Sequence record: PZ445523.1
Length of the DNA: 64,000 nucleotides
Strand: one strand, 5' to 3'
Origin: a phage
The notes below the pieces were generated by a model that saw only the letters and a list, made by a program, of their open reading frames with translations, had not been told where the DNA came from and made no database searches. Positions 1-13,233 of the stretch are shown here, in pieces. A program made the position numbers and the translations under genes. How positions within the stretch are numbered: the first letter of the stretch is position 1; each line of letters begins with the position of its first letter.

Positions 1-118
1 CCAGAGTATCATTCATTAAAGTTATTCTAATGAACTGTGCTGTTTCAGAATCAAGCGCTCTATGATCGCCAGTATCATTTTCAAGACAATTATCAATTAT
101 ATCAGTTAAATTCATCAT
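1..118 (-). CDS. hypothetical protein, N-terminal fragment (gene continues past window start)
   Basis: Minus-strand frame opening with ATG-ATG at 118/115 and running off the left edge; position of T4 cd.x ORFs. Confidence 0.3.
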   Translation of the reverse strand, partial: MMNLTDIIDNCLENDTGDHRALDSETAQFIRITLMNDTL

Positions 119-354
119 AGTACGCCATACACCCTTTGTGCTTCAACTAATCCATCAAAATCCAGTTTAAGATGCGATATTTGATCGCCATCGCCTGGAT
201 TCACAATTACTAATACTGAACGAGGAGTTTCGGTAATAACACGAACCGATGTTTCAGGAAATCGTTCAGAAACCTTATTTACTAATTCCTGTGCAAATAG
301 TTTAACTTTTTCTTGGAATTCTTTAACAGTAATTGGTTTTTCACTTAGTAGCAT
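115..354 (-). CDS. hypothetical early protein
   Basis: 79 aa minus-strand ORF, 10 nt overlap with upstream gene; no recognisable motif. Confidence 0.45.
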   Translation of the reverse strand: MLLSEKPITVKEFQEKVKLFAQELVNKVSERFPETSVRVITETPRSVLVIVNPGDGDQISHLKLDFDGLVEAQRVYGVL

Positions 355-875
355 GTTGATCCCAGCTCCTTACTTTCAACATTTTTAACTAATTTGACAG
401 AAACTAATTCAGCATCTTGAGTAATCATTACCGGACCTTCTTCATACTCTTCAAGATATTCTAGAGCTTTCTTTTTAGCTTCTTCCTTCGTATCAGTTTG
501 AGCATAGATATAAAACATACAACCAGTAATACCTACTACTTTCCACTTAATTTCTTTATCAGCTTTAATTTCAAATTTACTGACAGAATCATCTTTTTGA
601 ACTTCTTCGAAAAAAGAATATTCTAACATATAAGCAATTGAAAATAACGGGCTAACTTTATAGGATTCGCCCATTACATCAACAGCTTTATACCAGCAGT
701 CATCAATTTCGCGTTTAATGCTAATAACATTTTTCGCAGGATCTATTTTTACTTTAAATGAATTTTCTCCAATAAACTGAGCAATTCGTTTATTAGCCCC
801 GCAAGTTTCATTAAAAATATCTTTATATCCAGCTTTAAAGCGATAAACCTTATCTTCTTCAAACCATTCGCTCAT
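345..875 (-). CDS. hypothetical early protein
   Basis: 176 aa ORF; early-promoter-like element (GTTTAC / extended -10, read on minus strand) at about 906-940 just upstream. Confidence 0.5.
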   Translation of the reverse strand: MSEWFEEDKVYRFKAGYKDIFNETCGANKRIAQFIGENSFKVKIDPAKNVISIKREIDDCWYKAVDVMGESYKVSPLFSIAYMLEYSFFEEVQKDDSVSKFEIKADKEIKWKVVGITGCMFYIYAQTDTKEEAKKKALEYLEEYEEGPVMITQDAELVSVKLVKNVESKELGSTCY

Positions 876-937
876 TTCAATTTCCTCGTTTGTTTTGGTA
901 GAGCTATAATATCACAACTCTACCGTAAAGTAAACTA

Positions 938-1213
938 TTAAATTGCTTTGAATTCTGATGTCTGTGATTCAAAGCGAATGTCGCCTTTGATAACTAGCTC
1001 AGCATCAAGACCAAATACGACAATGATATGCGCGGAACCTGGATACAGTGTAATGGCAATAGAATCCACCTGGTCTGGAAGCAAAGTGTTCAATACATGA
1101 GTCACTTGAGCATGGATTCGAAGCTCAGCTGCATTATCAAGTTTTTCAAACATATTATTAGCTATAATTTGGCTAAACACTACTTCTACGATTTTAGAGT
1201 AAGTCGGAAACAT
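938..1213 (-). CDS. hypothetical early protein
   Basis: 91 aa ORF in minus-strand early cluster. Confidence 0.45.
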   Translation of the reverse strand: MFPTYSKIVEVVFSQIIANNMFEKLDNAAELRIHAQVTHVLNTLLPDQVDSIAITLYPGSAHIIVVFGLDAELVIKGDIRFESQTSEFKAI

Positions 1214-1277
1214 ATTTACCTCACATAATTTTCTTCAAGCCAATTAATAATATCCCAAGTTTTATGATGCAAAGCCA

Positions 1278-2481
<1,204 letters not shown>

Positions 2482-2485
<4 letters not shown>

Positions 2486-2712
2486 TTATTTTTCTCAACC
2501 AGTGATTGAATATAATCATGCAGGTCTTTAGATGCTTTACCCCACTTATTTTGGTATTCATTTTTAAGATTAGCACGTGATTGAGCTAATAAAACATCAT
2601 TAGTTGGAGGTAAAGATTCTAACCGCTGAATCTGGCGTCCATAAATCATTGCAGCCATCTCGGATTCATAAATCAATCCTTTGAGATGTTCAAATTGATG
2701 CCATGAAATCAT
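2482..2712 (-). CDS. hypothetical protein
   Basis: 76 aa ORF, start/stop overlaps with neighbours. Confidence 0.45.
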
Positions 2713-3008
2713 TTACATTTATCCTCTTTTAACTCTTGGCGATAATAACATATCATAGTTTTCTGGTCGTGTACATATCGTTTTACATCATTAAGCCAAA
2801 TACGAAATTCCTGAGAATCTTCAAATGGCATACCGACCCAAGCTTTACCATCAATAACTTTAACTTGCCAAGATAATTTAGCTTCGTCATATGACTTTAT
2901 TTGTACAGGCCAATTAGGATGAACTGTTTCTTTCTTTACTTCTAGAGGCTTTGTCGAACAACCAACTAGAAGACCAATAGATAATATTACTGCTGATAGT
3001 TTAATCAT
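2709..3008 (-). CDS. o-spanin (outer-membrane lipoprotein lysis component), T4 pseT.2-like
   Basis: 99 aa; signal peptide with lipobox LLVGC; directly downstream of and overlapping the i-spanin-like ORF. Confidence 0.65.
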   Translation of the reverse strand: MIKLSAVILSIGLLVGCSTKPLEVKKETVHPNWPVQIKSYDEAKLSWQVKVIDGKAWVGMPFEDSQEFRIWLNDVKRYVHDQKTMICYYRQELKEDKCK

Positions 3009-3358
3009 TTAGAAAGGTCCTGGATGTCTTCTGCGAACTTGTTGAAGGAGTTGTTGATTTGTTTTTCAACCAATCCTGGCTTATGAGCCACCACATCCGC
3101 CTTCTTTGCATCTTTGCGCAGTTTTTCATTTTCACGCTCAATAGCAGCAATTGCCTCACGATTTTTATTATTCATCGCATCAATATAATTATACTGAATT
3201 TGCAAATTATTTAACGCTAAGGCGTTTTCATTGGCCGTTTTTGTAATTTCAGTAACTGATGTTTCTAATCTTTCTACCTTATTTTTTAAAATAATAGATG
3301 TTCCGCCAAATGCTATTACAAGTAATAGCAATCCAGCTGTAAAATTACTTACATGCAT
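3005..3358 (-). CDS. i-spanin (inner-membrane lysis component), T4 pseT.3-like
   Basis: 117 aa; single N-terminal TM helix (GLLLLVIAFGGTSIIL) followed by coiled-coil-like periplasmic region. Confidence 0.65.
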   Translation of the reverse strand: MHVSNFTAGLLLLVIAFGGTSIILKNKVERLETSVTEITKTANENALALNNLQIQYNYIDAMNNKNREAIAAIERENEKLRKDAKKADVVAHKPGLVEKQINNSFNKFAEDIQDLSK

Positions 3359-3855
3359 AAAGTTTTAATAACCTCTACAATATCGTCTTGAGAAAGACCG
3401 TTAATTAAAATATGGTGTTCAGCTGGAGATTTAGAAATTTTAAAGCATGCCTCAACATCTTCTGCCATATCCGATGCACTACGATTTGGATTACTAATTC
3501 CAAGACGATGCTTTCCAGTCAAAGGATTAACAATAATGTAGCATTTACAACTATTGATATGAACATTAGGTTGAGTCTGATTAATGAACACTTCACAATC
3601 ATACTTAGCGAGTTGATTTTCTAAAAAGACTTTCATCTCTTCAACCGCATCAGGAAGCATATCACGGGCTTGCTCAAGACGACGATTTCGATATTCTTTA
3701 ATGGTCGTTTTCCGCTTGACTTGCTTAGCTAAATCTTTCTTAAGATCGGTGATATATCCAACTCGACGATTTCCTTTAAATACAGAAATCCCATCTGTAG
3801 TATCACCGTATGCTTCAACGACCATTTCTGTAGTAATAAGTTGTAAATCCATCAT
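3349..3855 (-). CDS. alc: Alc-like host transcription termination/unfolding protein
   Basis: 168 aa (T4 Alc 167 aa) at the syntenic position between pseT.3 and rnlA; early promoter element 3880-3915 upstream. Confidence 0.55.
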   Translation of the reverse strand: MMDLQLITTEMVVEAYGDTTDGISVFKGNRRVGYITDLKKDLAKQVKRKTTIKEYRNRRLEQARDMLPDAVEEMKVFLENQLAKYDCEVFINQTQPNVHINSCKCYIIVNPLTGKHRLGISNPNRSASDMAEDVEACFKISKSPAEHHILINGLSQDDIVEVIKTLCM

Positions 3856-3916
3856 AAAGTCCTCATGTTATGTCAGTAAGACTACTATAACACAACACGA
3901 GGGACTTGTAAACAGC

Positions 3917-5528
<1,612 letters not shown>

Positions 5529-5531
5529 TCC

Positions 5532-6710
5532 TTAAAAGTATTTTTTAAAACTCATCATAACTTTATCATCAACATCATTATCAATCTGTGCAACAAGGTA
5601 AGATGACAGTTCTACTTCTTGTGGCGCGGATTGAACATTATCAGAATTAAGATATTCACGAATCCAAGGATATGGATGTTTAACCGGAGCATCGGTAATT
5701 GGGCATGGAAGACCACACTGCTTCATACGAGATACAGTTAAGTAATCAATAAAGCTCCACATGCTATTTGTATTTAATCCAGGAACATCGCCATCTTTAA
5801 ATAAATGAACTGCCCAATCTTTTTCTTGGCGGTTAACTTCCATGAAAATATCAACTGCTTCTTGCTCACACTCTTGAGCAATTTTAACCCATTCATCGCC
5901 ATCAGTGCCAAGTTGAAGTTGACGAATAATATATTGAGTGCCTTTAAGGTGAAGCTGTTCATCACGTGCAATGAACTTCATAATCTTGGCATTACCTTCC
6001 ATGATTTCCATATTCTTATGAAAGTTAAAGGTACATGCAAAAGATACATAAAAACGAATAGCTTCCAATGCGTTGATTACATGAAGGCAAAGATAAAGAG
6101 ATTTCATTAGTGCTCGTTTAGCTTCGGCTTCTTGTTTAATAGCTCGATTTAAACGAAAATCAGCATCAGGAGATTCTTTAGCTAGTTCTACAAATTCTTT
6201 AGCATTTTCCCATTCACGAGTTTTAATCAGAACATCATCATAATAACGTCCAATGGATTCAGCACGTTTCATAATAGCTTCATCTAGTACAATCTCATCA
6301 AATACCTTTGACGGATCAGTATAAAGATTTCGCATGATATGTGTATATGAACGGCTGTGAATAGTTTCACTAAAAGTCCACGTAGCAACCCATGTATCAA
6401 GGCTCGGGTCTGAAATTAATGACATAAGTACAGCAGACGGCGCACGACCCTGAATGCTATCCAAAAGCGATTGATACTTCAGATTATTAGTAAAAATATT
6501 TTGCTGATACTGAGGAAGCTTATTAAACTGTGCAGCATCCATCATTAAGTTTACTTCTTCGGGACGCCAGAAAAATGACAATTGCTTTTCGGTCAAATCT
6601 TCAAAAACTTTATGGCGTTGAATATCATAACGTGCAATACCAAGACCTGAACCAAAAAACATAGGTTCTTTTAAAACATCAACTGGATTTGTATTAAAAA
6701 CTGTGCTCAT
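5532..6710 (-). CDS. nrdB: ribonucleotide reductase small subunit, uninterrupted
   Basis: 392 aa continuous ORF; ferritin-like di-iron protein at the T4 nrdB position. Confidence 0.9.
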   Translation of the reverse strand: MSTVFNTNPVDVLKEPMFFGSGLGIARYDIQRHKVFEDLTEKQLSFFWRPEEVNLMMDAAQFNKLPQYQQNIFTNNLKYQSLLDSIQGRAPSAVLMSLISDPSLDTWVATWTFSETIHSRSYTHIMRNLYTDPSKVFDEIVLDEAIMKRAESIGRYYDDVLIKTREWENAKEFVELAKESPDADFRLNRAIKQEAEAKRALMKSLYLCLHVINALEAIRFYVSFACTFNFHKNMEIMEGNAKIMKFIARDEQLHLKGTQYIIRQLQLGTDGDEWVKIAQECEQEAVDIFMEVNRQEKDWAVHLFKDGDVPGLNTNSMWSFIDYLTVSRMKQCGLPCPITDAPVKHPYPWIREYLNSDNVQSAPQEVELSSYLVAQIDNDVDDKVMMSFKKYF

Positions 6711-6761
6711 AAATTTTCCACTTAGTTAATAGTTGGTGAATCGTCCGTGAGTCAAATTATA

Positions 6762-9026
6762 TCATAATTTACAGGATGAACAATCTTCAGCTTTTGGAGT
6801 TTCTATTTCATAATCATCAGTACCAGAACCATCGCGGGTATTATGATAATAGAAATTTTTTCCGCCAAAATACCAAAAATACAAAAGGTCATCAATCATT
6901 ATTGACATTGGAACCTTTCCTTTTGGAAAAATCTGCGGGTCATAGTATGTATTCGTTGAAGCTGATTGACACACCCATTTCAGCATAATAGCTACCTGCG
7001 TAAGATAAGGTTTATTACCTTTCTTAGCTAATTTCCACGTATAATCATATAGGTCTATGTTATGCTCAATATTGGGCACGACTTGATTAAAGGAGCCCTC
7101 TTTTGATTCTTTAACAGAGACTGGTCCACGTGGAGGCTCGATACCGTTTGTACTGTTAGAAACTTGGGAAGATGACTCACATGGCATAAGTGCTGATAAT
7201 GTGCTATTACGGATGCCAAAGAGCTTAAGGTCTTCCCGCAGCGACGACCAGTCACAAACGTATTTTGGAGCTGCGATTTGGTCAATCTTTTTATTGTACC
7301 AGTCGATAGGTAATTCGCCTCGAGACCAACGAGTGTCTGAATAATATTCGCAAGGTCCTTTTTCTTTGGCGAGCTTAATGGATGCTTTAATGAGTCCATA
7401 CTGTAATCTCTCAAATAGTTCATGTGTTAAATCGTTAGCATCTTCATAAGAAGCAAAGTTACTTGCCAGCCAAGCTGCATAGTTGGTAACACCTACACCG
7501 AGGTTACGACGCTTTTTGGCTTTTTCTGCTTCAGGAACCGGATATCCTTGGTAATCCAAAAGATTATCAAGAGCACGAACTTGGACTTCTGCCAATTCAT
7601 TAATTTTATCTTGGTCTTGCCAATCAAAGTTATCCAGCACAAATGCTGATAACGTGCACAATCCAATTTCAGCATCAGGGCTATTCACATCATTTGTTGG
7701 AATAGCAATTTCACAGCACAAGTTACTCTGACGAATAGGTGCCTTTTCACGAATAAACGGAGTGTAGTTATTCGTATTATCAATGAACTGCACATAAATC
7801 CTTGCTGTTCCTGAACGTTCAGTCATGAGCAATTCAAATAGTTCACGAGCTTTAATACGCTTTTTACGAATATTAGGGTCTTTTTCTGCTGCTTCGTATA
7901 ATTCACGGAAACGGTCTTGGTCTTTAAAATAAGAATAATAAAGCTCTCCACCCATTTCATGTGGACTGAACAAAGTAATGTAATCGTTCTTTCCAAAACG
8001 TTCCATCATTAGGTCATTCAGTTGAACACCATAATCCATATGACGGATACGGTTTTCTTCTACACCTTTGTTATTTTTCAAAACGAGAAGATTTTCAACT
8101 TCCAAATGCCAAATAGGATAATAAGCAGTTGCAGCGCCGCCACGAATTCCGCCCTGTGAACATGATTTAACAGCAGTCTGAAAATGTTTCCAAAAAGGAA
8201 TAACCCCAGTATGGCGTACTTCACCCATGCCAATCTTAGAACCTTCGGCACGAATCATACCAACGTTAATACCAATTCCAGCGCGTTTAGAGATATATTC
8301 AACAATCGAAGCGGAAGCCTTATTGATAGACTTCAGCGAATCACCTGCCTCAATAACAACACATGAACTAAACTGTCGAGTCGGAGTACGACAACCAGCC
8401 ATAATAGGAGTTGGTAATGAAATCTGTCGAGTAGATACTGCTTCATAAAAACTAATAACATGTTTTAATCTATCAACAGGTTCATCTTGATGCAATGCCA
8501 TTCCAATAGTCATAAATGCAAACTGCGGAGTTTCATAAATTTGACCAGTGGTTTTATCTTTAACTAGATATTTTTCTTTTAATTGCATCGCCCCGGAATA
8601 AGTAAATTCCATATCCCGTTCGTGCTTAATTTTTGATTCTAAAAATGTAATTTCTTCTGCTGAATATTTTGACAATAATTCAGGGTCATATTTACCTTCA
8701 TTTACACAATAAGAAATATGGTCAATAAATGAACGTGGTTCATACTGTCCATAAACATGCTTACGAAGAGCAAACATTAAACAGCGTGCAGCTACATATT
8801 GATAATCAGGCTCTTCAACTGAAATAGAATTCGCAGCAGCCTTAATGACAATAGTCTGAATATCATCAGTTGTCATTCCATCACGGAGATAAGATTTAAT
8901 ATTTTCATATAATTCATAAGGATCTACTGATGTTCCTTCAGCTGCCCAAGATAAAACTTTAATAATTTTTTGCGGGTCAAAGCTCTGAGAAACACCACTA
9001 CTTTTGATAACATTAATTAATTGCAT
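6762..9026 (-). CDS. nrdA: ribonucleotide reductase large subunit
   Basis: 754 aa, same length as T4 NrdA; class I RNR alpha features. Confidence 0.95.
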   Translation of the reverse strand: MQLINVIKSSGVSQSFDPQKIIKVLSWAAEGTSVDPYELYENIKSYLRDGMTTDDIQTIVIKAAANSISVEEPDYQYVAARCLMFALRKHVYGQYEPRSFIDHISYCVNEGKYDPELLSKYSAEEITFLESKIKHERDMEFTYSGAMQLKEKYLVKDKTTGQIYETPQFAFMTIGMALHQDEPVDRLKHVISFYEAVSTRQISLPTPIMAGCRTPTRQFSSCVVIEAGDSLKSINKASASIVEYISKRAGIGINVGMIRAEGSKIGMGEVRHTGVIPFWKHFQTAVKSCSQGGIRGGAATAYYPIWHLEVENLLVLKNNKGVEENRIRHMDYGVQLNDLMMERFGKNDYITLFSPHEMGGELYYSYFKDQDRFRELYEAAEKDPNIRKKRIKARELFELLMTERSGTARIYVQFIDNTNNYTPFIREKAPIRQSNLCCEIAIPTNDVNSPDAEIGLCTLSAFVLDNFDWQDQDKINELAEVQVRALDNLLDYQGYPVPEAEKAKKRRNLGVGVTNYAAWLASNFASYEDANDLTHELFERLQYGLIKASIKLAKEKGPCEYYSDTRWSRGELPIDWYNKKIDQIAAPKYVCDWSSLREDLKLFGIRNSTLSALMPCESSSQVSNSTNGIEPPRGPVSVKESKEGSFNQVVPNIEHNIDLYDYTWKLAKKGNKPYLTQVAIMLKWVCQSASTNTYYDPQIFPKGKVPMSIMIDDLLYFWYFGGKNFYYHNTRDGSGTDDYEIETPKAEDCSSCKL

Positions 9027-9343
9027 AAGTCCTCAACTTGAAAATCGTCTTTAAACAATCGGTTAACTATATGAGCTATTATATCACCATGACACGGCTT
9101 TGGTTTACATGTGCATCCTAGCCTCATTCCACGTAAAGGCTCTAAATGTGCTTTAGTTATTTCTCCGGATTTAATTCGACGTATAAAATCTTTTTTGAAT
9201 AATTCAATGGCAGCCTCCCGGCTGCCAGCATCTTTACCGACGTAATTTCCCCAAAATGTACCGCGGTGAATATTAACATCAAAGTCGGATTTATATTTAT
9301 TCACTACCTGGCATAGACGGCCCGCGTGGTGATAATTCGTCAT
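9017..9343 (-). CDS. hypothetical protein (nrdA.1 position), Cys/His motif C-x-C-x-P-x-P-C-H-G-D
   Basis: 108 aa; conserved-looking GNYVG ... [14 protein letters not shown] segment. Confidence 0.5.
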   Translation of the reverse strand: MTNYHHAGRLCQVVNKYKSDFDVNIHRGTFWGNYVGKDAGSREAAIELFKKDFIRRIKSGEITKAHLEPLRGMRLGCTCKPKPCHGDIIAHIVNRLFKDDFQVEDLCN

Positions 9344-9572
9344 ATTGTTTTTCCGTTAAAACAGTAATATCATAGTAACAATCAGAAGAAGTTTTAACTG
9401 TAGAAATTTTATTATCAAAATACTCACGAGTCATTTTATGAGTATAATATTTTTTGCCATAAATGATAATAGGCTGATTTGGTCCTGGAACTTCTAGCTC
9501 ACTTGGATTAGGAAGTGTAAAAAGAACTACACCAGAAGTATCTTTAAATCGTAAAATCATATATCCTCGCAA
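9297..9572 (-). CDS. hypothetical protein (nrdA.2 position)
   Basis: 91 aa ORF between td and nrdA. Confidence 0.45.
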   Translation of the reverse strand: MRGYMILRFKDTSGVVLFTLPNPSELEVPGPNQPIIIYGKKYYTHKMTREYFDNKISTVKTSSDCYYDITVLTEKQYDELSPRGPSMPGSE

Positions 9573-9580
9573 TAATAAAA

Positions 9581-10441
9581 TTACACCGCCATCTTTCCTT
9601 TAATTGGCGGGTGAGATACATAGTTGTTAAGAACAAAATTATGCGGCTTTGCGAATTGACTCAACCAAAATACCTGCGATTCTGTGTTCCATTCATCAAA
9701 TTCATCTGGAAATTTTAATTGTAATTCGCATAAATCCATAGGTTCACGACGCAAAATTTCTTTACATTGTTCTACGTGATTCATATAGATATGAGTATTA
9801 CCACCAGAAAATATCAAATCTCCAGGAATAAGATTACACATCTTAGCTACAATATGAACTAACGTAGCATATGATGCAATATTAAATGGAAGACCGAGGA
9901 AAACATCTACCGAACGTTGATACCACTGCAAATCCAAATAGCCGTTACGCACATTAAACTGATAGAACATATGACAAGGCGGTAATGCCATCTGCTTGAG
10001 TTCAGCTGGATTCCATGCAGAAACAATTTGACGCCTATCATTTGGCAATTTTTTAATACGATCAACAACTTCTATAATTTGGTCTACACCGCCAAAATCG
10101 CGCCATTGTTTTCCATAAATTGGACCAAGTTCACCGCTATGGTATCCTAAATCTTTTGCTTGATTTTCGTAATTTTCATCCCAGACTGTTTTGCCTTGAA
10201 TTAATGAATCATGTTGAATTAATCGTAAATCATTGACATTTGTGCTTCCCGATAAAAACCATATTAGCTCAGCAATGCAAGCTTTCCAGGCGAGCTTCTT
10301 AGTTGTTACTGCAGGAAAACCTTTAGTTAAATCCCAGCGTAATTTAGTACCGAACAAAGCAATTGTTCCTGTGCCCGTTCTGTCATCGGTTTCATAGCCA
10401 TTTTCAAAAATGTCTTTAATTAAATCTTGGTATTGTTTCAT
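9581..10441 (-). CDS. td: thymidylate synthase, intronless
   Basis: 286 aa uninterrupted ORF; active-site PCH ([11 protein letters not shown]). Confidence 0.95.
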   Translation of the reverse strand: MKQYQDLIKDIFENGYETDDRTGTGTIALFGTKLRWDLTKGFPAVTTKKLAWKACIAELIWFLSGSTNVNDLRLIQHDSLIQGKTVWDENYENQAKDLGYHSGELGPIYGKQWRDFGGVDQIIEVVDRIKKLPNDRRQIVSAWNPAELKQMALPPCHMFYQFNVRNGYLDLQWYQRSVDVFLGLPFNIASYATLVHIVAKMCNLIPGDLIFSGGNTHIYMNHVEQCKEILRREPMDLCELQLKFPDEFDEWNTESQVFWLSQFAKPHNFVLNNYVSHPPIKGKMAV

Positions 10442-10486
10442 TTAGTACCTTATATAAATTATAATACATTTTATGAAGCTAAATAA

Positions 10487-10846
10487 TCAATACGGTTTAG
10501 CATCAAATTTTCTCTCAATTTCAGGCGTGAAATATAATTCTTTACCGCGTTTGGAAAAGCGACCAATAATATGATAATTATTCTCATCAAACGTAATATT
10601 ACCAATATCCATAGCTTTCAACCAAATATCGATATTTCTATCCAGCTTTATGTCAAAATTCCAATACGGAGAACTATTACCGAAAATACTGCAAGCAGAT
10701 TCAGTGAAACAACTGCTATAAATCTTGTCTTTAGGAACTACTAATTGATAGACACCTTTAATAAACTGAGGACCCTGCCATTTAGGTTGTTTCACGTCTT
10801 TTTCTAATAGAATAGGGTAATAATTAAAATTCATATTTTCCGCCAC
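10487..10846 (-). CDS. hypothetical protein inserted between frd and td
   Basis: 119 aa frame (first codon GTG; first ATG at 10834 gives 115 aa); T4 frd and td abut directly. Confidence 0.5.
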   Translation of the reverse strand: MAENMNFNYYPILLEKDVKQPKWQGPQFIKGVYQLVVPKDKIYSSCFTESACSIFGNSSPYWNFDIKLDRNIDIWLKAMDIGNITFDENNYHIIGRFSKRGKELYFTPEIERKFDAKPY

Positions 10847-10854
10847 GCGTTATT

Positions 10855-11677
<823 letters not shown>

Positions 11678-11693
<16 letters not shown>

Positions 11694-12037
11694 TGAAAAG
11701 AGTCATGAGCATATCCGCTAGCGTCAATCATTTTAACTAAAGTTACCATTCCTCTGTTAACTGCTTGCGCGATTTCATCAAAAACTTCGTCACTATCATC
11801 GTAAAGATCATTAAAAAGTTCTAACACGTTCTTCTGAACTTTTAATTTACGGCCGACAATTTCGCCTACAGTAAATTCGTTTCCGCCAAATCCAGCGTAA
11901 AATGTAATTACACCCATTAACTGGCTTTCACGGGAATCTATGTCGTGTGATAAATTAATAAAAGCCGTCCCAGGCGCGGTTTTAAGTTGGCAACGAATTT
12001 TTACTTGGGTAATTCCAGTTATATGAATGTTAGACAT
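11678..12037 (-). CDS. hypothetical protein (frd.2 position)
   Basis: 119 aa ORF. Confidence 0.45.
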
Positions 12038-12047
12038 AATATTTTCC

Positions 12048-12290
12048 TCAGACAGACTTTTTCACAATTTTCCAATCAGCTTTAAACTGCTCGACGTCAG
12101 AATGGTAAATCCAGAATCCTGCGCTTTCTCCGTCTTCATAAAGAGGACATCCATCGCATTCATCTTCCCATCCCATATCACGTAAAAGATGTTCAGCTTT
12201 TTCAACAAGTTCAGAATCTTTACCGATGATATTAAAATACCATTTACCTCTAACTTCCGAATCTTTAATGCTCTGACGTTGTAATCTCAT
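12048..12290 (-). CDS. hypothetical protein (frd.3 position)
   Basis: 80 aa ORF with CDGC pair; early promoter element about 12395-12430 upstream. Confidence 0.45.
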   Translation of the reverse strand: MRLQRQSIKDSEVRGKWYFNIIGKDSELVEKAEHLLRDMGWEDECDGCPLYEDGESAGFWIYHSDVEQFKADWKIVKKSV

Positions 12291-12428
12291 TTTATTCTCC
12301 TTAGCAAGCTTTAATCAAAAGATATAAACAAACCAACATAACTGCTGCCATAATATAAGGTGCGAACATTTTCTTTTCTCCATTAGTTTTGATAGGGTAA
12401 TAGTATCACACTACTACCCTGTTGTAAA

Positions 12429-12830
12429 CTACTTTTTGAAAGTTTTTCGCAAAAGTTCAATGATTTCATCTGCATTGTTTTCATCTACAATGCAGTGAAT
12501 TTTTGTTACACCAGAAACCTTGTCTTTAACTTCATCCTCTTCAGAAGTCGGTTCTTTATATTCGCGGAAACAATAAAACTCTTCTTCACTAAGTTCAAAA
12601 TAATCATCACCCATACCATCATCATTATAGATTTCACCATTAGCACAAATGATTTCGGTTACATAATCAAATCCATCTAAACTTGATATTGATTTAACTT
12701 CAAACCAACCACCATTTTCTTGAATGATGCCGACCATACTAGCATTTGATGAACTAATATCAATGAAAGATTTAATACGATGTGGATTTAACTCGTATTT
12801 TTTGCCGATTTCCATTTTGATTTTCCTCAT
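12429..12830 (-). CDS. hypothetical protein
   Basis: 133 aa acidic ORF; hairpin 12843-12860 upstream. Confidence 0.45.
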   Translation of the reverse strand: MRKIKMEIGKKYELNPHRIKSFIDISSSNASMVGIIQENGGWFEVKSISSLDGFDYVTEIICANGEIYNDDGMGDDYFELSEEEFYCFREYKEPTSEEDEVKDKVSGVTKIHCIVDENNADEIIELLRKTFKK

Positions 12831-12860
12831 TTTAATAGGGGCTTGATAGCCCCTTGATAA

Positions 12861-13088
12861 TTATTGTTCAATCAGTCCCATGTAAAATTCTGCGTCTTCA
12901 GCATCCATACCGTCGCAGTATTCATTAGCCATAAAGCGGGTGAGGTCTTCAAGAGGACCTTCAATAACGATTTGAATACTCCAAAACTTAGAATCTTGCA
13001 CGCTTGTAATACTAAGTTCAGGATAACGATTACGAATAATCTCTTCAATATATTCAAAATCAACAATATCAATATCAACTTTAGCCAT
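12861..13088 (-). CDS. hypothetical protein
   Basis: Start taken at MAKVDID (ATG 13088) with AAAGAGGAAAATAAT-ATG RBS; track ORF extends to 13151 across the promoter. Confidence 0.45.
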   Translation of the reverse strand: MAKVDIDIVDFEYIEEIIRNRYPELSITSVQDSKFWSIQIVIEGPLEDLTRFMANEYCDGMDAEDAEFYMGLIEQ

Positions 13089-13124
13089 ATTATTTTCCTC
13101 TTTAATTATTAGCAGTATTGTCGA

Positions 13125-13161
13125 TAGTTGTATAGTACCATGGAAGGACAAGGATGTAAAC
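13125..13161 (-). promoter_or_regulatory. phage early promoter (repeat family copy)
   Basis: Minus strand GTTTAC, 18 nt, TGnTACTAT; conserved flanks CAACTATCGACA shared with other copies. Confidence 0.6.
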
Positions 13162-13182
13162 AGTTTTGTGAAAAAATTTTTG

Positions 13183-13211
13183 AAATAAAAAAGGGGACCT
13201 CTAGGGTCCCC
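13183..13211 (-). terminator. rho-independent terminator after gene 32
   Basis: GGGGACC-TCTA-GGGTCCCC hairpin followed on the minus strand by TTTTTTATTTC. Confidence 0.75.
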
Positions 13212-13233
13212 AATTAATTAGTAATATAATCTA

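Noticed and set aside
9581-10441. Group I intron or intron-encoded endonuclease in td and nrdB
   Set aside because: Both ORFs are continuous at T4-like lengths.
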